Part shown: in pieces, positions 9,440 through 16,221 of the stretch
Layout: each line of letters opens with the position of its first letter
Position numbering within the stretch: position 1 is the stretch's first letter
DNA from: an archaeon
GTDB taxonomy: Archaea > Iainarchaeota > Iainarchaeia > Iainarchaeales > CSSED10-239
Length of the DNA: 32,000 nt
Assembly (NCBI GenBank): GCA_041657425.1
Contig: JBBABY010000002.1
Location: 1 to 32,000, forward strand
Direction of reading: 5' to 3'
Program-made: the position numbers and the translations under genes
The notes under the pieces: model-generated
What the model saw: only the letters and a program-made list of their open reading frames with translations
Database searches by the model: none
Told to the model about the DNA's origin: nothing

Positions 9440-10387
9440 TTACCCCCTTATGTTATTTAAATATAAGATTACTGCAGCTTCTGTCCATAATCTATTTTCT
9501 GCTTGATCAAAGACAATACTGTTTTTTCCATCAATGACTTCAGTCGTAACTTCATTTCCTCTTTCTGCGGGAAGACAATGTAAGAATTTTGCGTTGTTTG
9601 TTAATGCCATCAATTCCTCATTAACTTGATATGATCTAAACAACTTTAGTCTTTCTTCCTTCTCTGCTTCTTGTCCCATTGATGTCCAAACATCTGTGTA
9701 AACAAAGTCTGTTTCTTTAGCCATTTCTTTTGGATCATTACTTGAGAAATATTTTCTATCTTTATGAGTTTCTAAAAACTCTTTTACTCTAGAATTACTT
9801 TCAAGTTCATAACCAACAGGGATTGCAACCTTAACTGTAAATCCTAATTTTAATCCACAAATAGCAAGAGATGCACAAACATTATTTCCATCACCAACAA
9901 AAGCAACACTTGTATGTTTTATTTTTTCTGGATTTATCTTTCCATCTGAGTAGATTGCGCCTGTGTGTTCAAGGATTGTTAAGTAATCAGCAAGTGCTTG
10001 GCAAGGATGATATTTATCTGACAAAAGATTAATTACCGGAACTTTAGAATATTTTGCCCATTCTTCTAAGAGTTCTTGCTTATAGACTCTTCCTGCTAAA
10101 GCACAAGTGTATCTTTCTAAGGTTTTAACGGTGTCAGCAAGAGATTCTTTCCCTACAGAAAACTGCGCATTAGTTAGAACAAAAGCTTGTCCTCCAATGG
10201 CGTTAACTCCAGCGTACATTGATGCCATAGTTCTTGTTGAACTCTTCTCAAAGTACATATATACACTTTTTCCTTTTATCTTGTCTAAGAACTTCTCTGG
10301 ATTTGATTTTATCTTTTTTGATAACTCCAGAATCTCCATAATTTCCTCTTTACTAAAATCAAGTAAAGTCAACAGATGTCTAGTCAT
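9440..10387 (-). CDS. argF: ornithine carbamoyltransferase (anabolic or catabolic not distinguishable)
   Basis: SSTRTMASM, SDKYHPCQALAD, DVWTSMGQE and HCLPAERGNEVT motifs. The ATG at 10387 (preceded by GGGGG) is preferred over the upstream ATG at 10402 used in the track. Confidence 0.9.
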   Translation of the reverse strand: MTRHLLTLLDFSKEEIMEILELSKKIKSNPEKFLDKIKGKSVYMYFEKSSTRTMASMYAGVNAIGGQAFVLTNAQFSVGKESLADTVKTLERYTCALAGRVYKQELLEEWAKYSKVPVINLLSDKYHPCQALADYLTILEHTGAIYSDGKINPEKIKHTSVAFVGDGNNVCASLAICGLKLGFTVKVAIPVGYELESNSRVKEFLETHKDRKYFSSNDPKEMAKETDFVYTDVWTSMGQEAEKEERLKLFRSYQVNEELMALTNNAKFLHCLPAERGNEVTTEVIDGKNSIVFDQAENRLWTEAAVILYLNNIRG

Positions 10388-10566
10388 AGATATAACCCCC
10401 ATTTTTTATTAATTAGTCTGAAAGAAAGAGAAAAAAAATTGATTTTGAAAAAATAGAATTTGAGAATAATAAAAAAAGATTTTGATTTTGAAGAAAAAAG
10501 CCGTTCAAAACCAAATTTCGTTTCCATTTTATATATGAGGTAACGAACTATTTATAAAGTTATTTC

Positions 10567-11172
10567 TCATTCTAAGTGTTTTGTACAATTATGAAGTATT
10601 ATCTTATGCTTTCTATCTTCATCTATTTCAAAAATTGAAACTGCAGTGTTTCTTAGCATCTTTGAAGACCCGTCTAATCTTTTTCTCCCTTTGATTGCAG
10701 AAAAAAGAGCTCTTGCAAACCCTGCATGCGATACTACAAGAACAGTTTCCTTCTTGTGTTTCTTATAAAGATAATCAATAAAGTCTTTTGCTCTCTTCTG
10801 TAAATCAGGATTACTTTCTAAATCGTATTTCTTAACTTTATTTATAAAAAAACTAGACGGAATTGGCTTTTCTTTACTATAACCTATTGTTGATGCCTTT
10901 ATACCATTTAATTTTCCAAAATCTCTTTCTCTTAGTTTTTCTGTATGAATTAGTGGAGTATTTGTATGATACTTATGAACTGCTTTAGCAGTATCGCTTG
11001 CTCTTTTTAAATCACTAGAATAAATAACATCTATTTTTTCAGTCTTTAGTCTTTTTCCAAGTTTCTGTGCTTGTTTCTTTCCTTCAATAGATAATTTGCC
11101 CTGATTTTGGCCCTGCAAAATGCCTTCAATATTTCCTATGGTTTCTCCATGTCTTGTAAGAATGATTCTCAT
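10567..11172 (-). CDS. histidine phosphatase superfamily protein (phosphoglycerate mutase-like branch)
   Basis: N-terminal RHGETIGN catalytic motif and C-terminal VVSHAGFARAL. 201 aa. It is the last gene of the RuBisCO operon. Confidence 0.85.
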   Translation of the reverse strand: MRIILTRHGETIGNIEGILQGQNQGKLSIEGKKQAQKLGKRLKTEKIDVIYSSDLKRASDTAKAVHKYHTNTPLIHTEKLRERDFGKLNGIKASTIGYSKEKPIPSSFFINKVKKYDLESNPDLQKRAKDFIDYLYKKHKKETVLVVSHAGFARALFSAIKGRKRLDGSSKMLRNTAVSIFEIDEDRKHKIILHNCTKHLE

Positions 11173-11175
11173 AAT

Positions 11176-11580
11176 CTATACTCTTTTTATTGTTCTAAAT
11201 CTTTTAAGTAATGCTTCTTTTTTACTTAAATGTTTTAATACTATTTCTTCAACAGCATTATTCTTGTGTTTTGATTCCCATTTAAATTTTTTTTCTTTAG
11301 GATCATATACTATTAATTCAACTTTTGAATTATCAACAAATGGAGTTTTTTTTTCTAAATCTTGTATCAAAAATAGAAATGAAAAATGATTGTTCTTAGA
11401 ATTTCCTTTAATTTGTCTTGGAGCAATTGAAAGATATTTATGACCATTTGGATATTCTACAAAAGTAATTACTTGCTCTGAAGAATGATCTTATTTTTTT
11501 GAAGTAATCAAAGTTAAATCTTTACTGACCTTTTTTATAATTAAATCAGATTCTTTTGCTTTATCAAATTCTATGGTCAT
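11176..11580 (-). pseudogene. 134-codon reading frame interrupted by one in-frame TAA (11491-11493); unknown function
   Basis: The ATG at 11580 opens MTIEFDKAKESDLIIKKVSKDLTLITSKK-TAA-DHSSEQVITFVEYPNGHKYLSIAPRQIKG...RFRTIKRV. The same frame continues into the track ORF 11176..11370, whose only start is a TTG. There is no ATG downstream of the stop. Confidence 0.5.
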
Positions 11581-11615
11581 ATAAATTGCTACTTTGTTAA
11601 TATAAAAAAGAAAGC

Positions 11616-13097
11616 TTAATTGCTTTCTTCTATGCTTTCTGCATACATTAATTCATTTGGCTTCTTTTTTTCAAAAAATTCAATTGCTCTTTTTAGTTCT
11701 TTGTTTTTTGGATCTTTTGCATATTTGTGAATATCAATCTTCTTCTTGTATGCTTCGCAAGATTGAACTAAAGCTTTTGCACCTGCTTGTGTGCCGTCTG
11801 GATGAGCATGACAACCAGCACCCATTGTTGTTATGAAATCAACACTTCCCATAACATCAATAAATGGTTTAAGAAGAGTTGGGTTAAGTCCACCAGAAAT
11901 TATTGGAGCACATTTCTTTACTCCTCTCCAACTATCATCTTCAAGTATCAAATGGTGTGCCATATCTGCTTTTACTAATTTAATAATATCTTTATCATGC
12001 TCTGGAACTTTTGCCCAAGATTGATTAAAGAAATGTCCTTTTGCTGCCAAGTCTAATATACCATCAGCAGCAGTTATGTCTTCATCTGGAGTTCCTGCCA
12101 TCTTTCCAACACCTGCAGTTCCTGTGTGTATTCCTGAAGCTCCTGCAAGTCTTGCAAATTTAGACAACACTAAGACTGAGAACCCAAAAACATTCTCTGG
12201 TCTTGTGTATGCTCCGTGTGATGCTCTGTGATAATGAATGAAAACATCAGGATATCTTCTTCTAAGTGTTTGAACTGCCATCCATCCCGCAGTTATTCCA
12301 TCAATCAAGAAAGCATAAGATCCTTTTTCAAATCCTGCATTTCTTATCATCTCACATCTTTTAATCATTGTATCAAAATCAGCTGCTGAAACATTAAAGG
12401 AATGAACTTTTTTCTTCCCTGTTTTCTTAACTGCTTTATCCATTGCTTCCTTAACATGTTTAACCATCTTTTCATAAGGGCAAAAATCTTGATCTGCTTG
12501 TGGCTCATCATTCTTAACGAAATCTCCTCCACCTGCCCAGAAATCATAGCACACTTCTGCGTATTCTGCACTTGTTAACCCCATCTTTGGTTTAATTATT
12601 GTTCCTAAGATTGGTCTATCATAAACCTTTAAGTATTTTCTCATATCATCTAAAGTATAACTTGGACCATCAAATTGTTCAAGCATGCTTGGTGGAAACC
12701 AAACATCTAAAAGTTTCAATGCAGAAACTTCTTTCATTCCAAGAACATTTCCAACAACATAGGTTAAAATGTTTTGAACATTCCCCATTCTATCAAATAA
12801 TCTCCAGGGAAATGCAATCCATACTAATTCTTTCTCTAAGTCTATCTTATAGACTAAAGCATTCATTTGAACAGAAAATGGAGTTTCAGTATTTACTTTA
12901 AAATTAGTTCCAGTAGAAGACTCTGCAGCAATCTCTGCAGCTGCTTGTAATGTGTTTAATGCTTTTCCTGGTTTGAAGTGATACACAGTAAGCATGTATT
13001 CTCCATTCTTTAATTGCTTATCTGTCATTTCTAAATTAACATAAGCTTTCTGCTTATCATTTAAAGTTTTATATAATTCTTTTTCTTTAGCATTCAT
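11616..13097 (-). CDS. rbcL: ribulose-1,5-bisphosphate carboxylase/oxygenase large subunit, form II/III-like
   Basis: GTIIKPKMGL, GGGDFVKNDEPQ (form II-type KNDEPQ rather than KDDE), IHYHRASHGA and SGGLNP. 493 aa, with a GGAGG RBS. No small subunit is present. Confidence 0.95.
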   Translation of the reverse strand: MNAKEKELYKTLNDKQKAYVNLEMTDKQLKNGEYMLTVYHFKPGKALNTLQAAAEIAAESSTGTNFKVNTETPFSVQMNALVYKIDLEKELVWIAFPWRLFDRMGNVQNILTYVVGNVLGMKEVSALKLLDVWFPPSMLEQFDGPSYTLDDMRKYLKVYDRPILGTIIKPKMGLTSAEYAEVCYDFWAGGGDFVKNDEPQADQDFCPYEKMVKHVKEAMDKAVKKTGKKKVHSFNVSAADFDTMIKRCEMIRNAGFEKGSYAFLIDGITAGWMAVQTLRRRYPDVFIHYHRASHGAYTRPENVFGFSVLVLSKFARLAGASGIHTGTAGVGKMAGTPDEDITAADGILDLAAKGHFFNQSWAKVPEHDKDIIKLVKADMAHHLILEDDSWRGVKKCAPIISGGLNPTLLKPFIDVMGSVDFITTMGAGCHAHPDGTQAGAKALVQSCEAYKKKIDIHKYAKDPKNKELKRAIEFFEKKKPNELMYAESIEESN

Positions 13098-13176
13098 AAG
13101 TATTCCTCCAATAATCTGTACTTAAATAGATTATGAACGGTTTTAAAAAGTTTATGGTTAGAAGAATTATTTACCT

Positions 13177-13644
13177 ATGAGAACAAAAATACTTCCTGAA
13201 ATTGATAATGTAGAGATTACTACCGAGAATCTAGACAATACTAATATTTCTTCTGAAAAATCTGTAGAAGTATATATTCTTAATGAAAATAAAGAATTTA
13301 TTATTGTTTTCTCTGGACCTAAAGACGAATTCTGTAAAGTACTTACTGGTAATCTAAAAGAAAAAGAAACCTTTGAAGAAGCAGCAATAAGACAAGCAAA
13401 AGAAAAACTTGGAATAGATGTACAGATTATTTCTGTTTCTAAACACACCTATGAATCTGATATTGGAAAAGGCAAAAGTATAATTGCAAAGTTAAATCCT
13501 CCTCATCAGCACTTAAAAATGCAAACTGAAGAAATTTCAGGATATAAGTGGATTAGAAAAGAAAAGATTTACCAATACATTGGAAAGCTAGACCAATTAG
13601 TGCAAGCAGAAAAGATCTTTAAGGAATTTAGAGAATATTTTTAA
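13177..13644 (+). CDS. Nudix-fold protein with a degenerate Nudix box
   Basis: GNLKEKETFEEAAIRQAKEKLGI fits Gx5Ex7REUxEExGU in spacing, but REUxEE reads RQAKEK. Confidence 0.6.
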   Translation: MRTKILPEIDNVEITTENLDNTNISSEKSVEVYILNENKEFIIVFSGPKDEFCKVLTGNLKEKETFEEAAIRQAKEKLGIDVQIISVSKHTYESDIGKGKSIIAKLNPPHQHLKMQTEEISGYKWIRKEKIYQYIGKLDQLVQAEKIFKEFREYF

Positions 13645-13645
13645 T

Positions 13646-14571
13646 ATGAACTTTATAGAAATAAATGATCCTGTTTATGGAAAACATATAATCAAAGAAC
13701 CAATTCTAATTGATTTAATTAATTCTAAAGCTATGCAAAGAATTGGAAGAATTGGAAATAAAGGCTTTCCAAAAGATCTTTCTGATATATATTTTACAAG
13801 ATTAGAACATTCTCTTGGAGTTTTAATAATATTAGATTATGTAAAGCAGAAATTGAAGAAAAAGTTGCAGGACTATTACATGATATTAACCATGCTGCAT
13901 TTTCACATACTTTTGATGTTCTAATAGGTGCATTAGAAGAGAATCACCAAGATGATAATTTTTATAATTACATAAAAAACAATTCTGAGATTAAAGAAAT
14001 TCTTGAAAAACATAATTTTGATATTAATAAATTAGAAGATCTAGATAAATATACACTTTTAGAACAACCTACTCCTGAAACTTGTGCAGATAGATTAGAT
14101 TATTCAATTAGAGAATACTACTATAGAACTAAAGAACCTAATTTTATAAAAAACATCTTTGTTAATCTAACAGTTATAGACGGAAAAATGATTTTTAAGA
14201 ATAAAGAATCCGCAAAGTCTTTTGCAAATGCATATATGTATGTAATTATTAATGATTTCAACGATCCAATAAAAATAGAAAAAAAATTTATATTTATTGA
14301 TGTTCTAAAAAGAGCACTTGATTTAAAGATAATTTCTTTATCTGATTTTATGGATGATGAAGATAAAGTAATTAATAAAGTATATGCAAGTAATGATGAA
14401 TTCATAGTAAAAACACTAACCAAATTAAGAAACAATGACATTCAAGTAACAGAACCAAGATATTCAAAAAAAAGACATATTAATCCTAGATATTTAGATA
14501 ATGATAAAATAGTTACATTGATAGAAACTGATCCTGAATTTAAAGAACTAATTGAAAATTATTTAAAATAA
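13646..14571 (+). pseudogene. HD-domain phosphohydrolase (COG1078/SAMHD1-like family) split by a -1 frameshift near 13820-13845
   Basis: Frame 2 gives MNFIEINDPVYGKHII...QRIGRI...TRLEHSLGVLIIL. Frame 1 continues ...LCKAEIEEKVAGLLHDINHAAFSHTFDV...CADRLDYSIRE... through to the stop at 14571, which includes track ORF 14188..14571. The H...HD...D residues of one HD domain are therefore divided between two frames. Confidence 0.75.
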
Positions 14572-15333
14572 CTCTTTTTTCTTTTTATTTAATCTTTTAT
14601 AGAATTCTTTTGATTTTTGATACTGCGCATCAATGAATTGATTCAATTGCTTCTTCCAAACTTTTCTTGGTTGGCTTTTAACGTAGTTTGCCCATTTTTC
14701 TATAAACTCATCATGAGTTTTGTCTCTTCTATAATAATATACTAAATCAGGAGATTTAAACTTCCCAGCTTTTGTTAAAATATCTCTATCTATTAACTTC
14801 TTTATTCTATTTATTTCTTTTTCGTCTATCTCTTTAGAATATATCTTTCTTAAATGATTAGCATCATCAATATCTTTTGAAGACTTCAAAAGCTGTTCTT
14901 TAAATGCAATTGTGCTTTCAATACTTCCAAAATAAACAGGAAGACCAGTTAATGGTAATTTCTTTCTTGTAATCAAAGCAACTCTATCCGCTTCTGTTTT
15001 TGGAAACTTAAACTCCATATCTGGAATCATTGTTCCTTTTCGCACAAATCTAATTGTATCTTTGCTTTTTAAATATAATTCCCAAATTAATTCACAATCG
15101 TCTCCTTGTATACAAGTAAATTTGTGTTTATAAATATCTATAAAGAATTTTTTAAAAATATCTTCTGTCATTTCTTCAACAATTAGATCAATATCTTCTG
15201 TTCCTCTAACTCTTCCATTAGAAATTGCAAGAAATCCAGAAACGATTGCATATTTGGAATATTTCTGTAATACTTTCGTAAAGTCAATTACAAATTTATC
15301 CAATATATTTCTATCACTAATTAATTCTGGCAT
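14563..15333 (-). CDS. nucleotidyltransferase-fold protein with a helical C-terminal extension
   Basis: IVSGFLAISNGRVRGTEDIDLIV is a G-x-x...D-x-D minimal-NTase-like strand-loop. SIESTIAFKEQLLKSSKDIDDANHL is typical of the helix that follows in MNT/AbiEii-like families. The C-terminal extension contains RRDKTH (R-x4-H). Confidence 0.6.
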   Translation of the reverse strand: MPELISDRNILDKFVIDFTKVLQKYSKYAIVSGFLAISNGRVRGTEDIDLIVEEMTEDIFKKFFIDIYKHKFTCIQGDDCELIWELYLKSKDTIRFVRKGTMIPDMEFKFPKTEADRVALITRKKLPLTGLPVYFGSIESTIAFKEQLLKSSKDIDDANHLRKIYSKEIDEKEINRIKKLIDRDILTKAGKFKSPDLVYYYRRDKTHDEFIEKWANYVKSQPRKVWKKQLNQFIDAQYQKSKEFYKRLNKKKKELF

Positions 15334-15371
15334 AAATAACTATTATTTTTTAAGTTTATAAATCTAACTAA

Positions 15372-15387
15372 GGTAGCTGTCCAGTGC
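15372..15387 (-). promoter_or_regulatory. second copy of the GC-rich 16-mer (minus strand GCACTGGACAGCTACC), upstream of the nucleotidyltransferase gene
   Basis: Direct reading. It is flanked by the 7-nt direct repeat AACTAAG (15366-15372, 15393-15399), followed on the minus strand by ATTTATAAAC (TATA-like), and lies 38 nt from the ATG at 15333. Confidence 0.4.
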
Positions 15388-15400
15388 AAAAAAACTAAGT

Positions 15401-16117
15401 TTATTCTTTTAGAAGTACTGGATTAAATATTCTTATTCTTTTAGTCTTTGGATCATAAAAACAATTTTCTGGAGAAATGTCTGAAATAGTAGTTCCAGGT
15501 TCTACTCCAAATTTTTTATAATTCCTTTTAAGATATTCATTTACTCTTGTTTCAAATTCTCTAAGTTTTCTATTTATACCGGTATATTCTGTTACAGAAA
15601 TTTCTTTTCTATGTTCTAATGTTTCTGGATGATGACCATATTGATAGTCATAACAAATATAACTTACCCCTTTTTCTCTATCTAAAAATCCAAATTTGAA
15701 TGGAACTGTTTTTATTCCACTTTCTTTGTGTTCTTTAAGATATTCTGTAATAATGTTTAATGCCTTACTCTCAGTTATTGCATCTTCCCATGTATAACTT
15801 AATGTAAACTGATCAGTTTTTTCTCTAGAAATTTTTTCTTCTTTTATATAATATCTTTTTGTACCTAACTTATTATTCACTTCTAAGATAAATGCTCTTT
15901 GTGTATGTACTCCATCTGATTTATAACTCATTTGCTTATAAATTGAAAATCTTTTCTGAGAATCTTCATGAAACATTTTAATTTGTGTTTTTGATAAATC
16001 TAATAATGCGTCGATAATTTCTTTATTATTTAAAATCTTATTTCCTTTTCTTGTTCCAACAGTTCTTTTTGGCCCTGTTTCTCTTATCTTAAATGGTTTA
16101 TTCAATTTTGGTGGCAT
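15401..16117 (-). CDS. hypothetical protein (238 aa), weak kinase-like catalytic-loop resemblance
   Basis: Long ORF with coding-like composition and a basic N-terminus MPPKLNKPFKIRETGPKR. The C-terminal DISPENCFYDPKTKRIRIFNP loosely resembles D-x-x-P-x-N ... (D/N)F of protein-kinase-like folds. No confident family assignment. Confidence 0.55.
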   Translation of the reverse strand: MPPKLNKPFKIRETGPKRTVGTRKGNKILNNKEIIDALLDLSKTQIKMFHEDSQKRFSIYKQMSYKSDGVHTQRAFILEVNNKLGTKRYYIKEEKISREKTDQFTLSYTWEDAITESKALNIITEYLKEHKESGIKTVPFKFGFLDREKGVSYICYDYQYGHHPETLEHRKEISVTEYTGINRKLREFETRVNEYLKRNYKKFGVEPGTTISDISPENCFYDPKTKRIRIFNPVLLKE

Positions 16118-16221
16118 AATCTAAGTCTCTTTATTTGTTTTATTAAATAGAATATAAGATAGTATTCTTTTTAAATGTTTTTGATATATTTAAAAATTGT
16201 TTAATTACTTATTATATTGTT

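Noticed and set aside
13820-13845. Programmed -1 ribosomal frameshifting in the HD gene (and similarly at 26690-26724)
   Set aside because: I could not find a canonical X-XXY-YYZ slippery heptamer in the zero frame or an obvious downstream stem-loop or pseudoknot at either site. An indel (mutation or assembly error) is the simpler explanation.
1211-15387. Idea that the inverted 16-mers at 1211-1226 and 15372-15387 are terminal inverted repeats of a 14-kb mobile element
   Set aside because: The intervening DNA encodes core genes (uvrA, pyrBI, argF, RuBisCO). It has no transposase, integrase or tRNA target. Both copies instead have the same orientation and distance relative to their own downstream gene, which fits a promoter-proximal element better.
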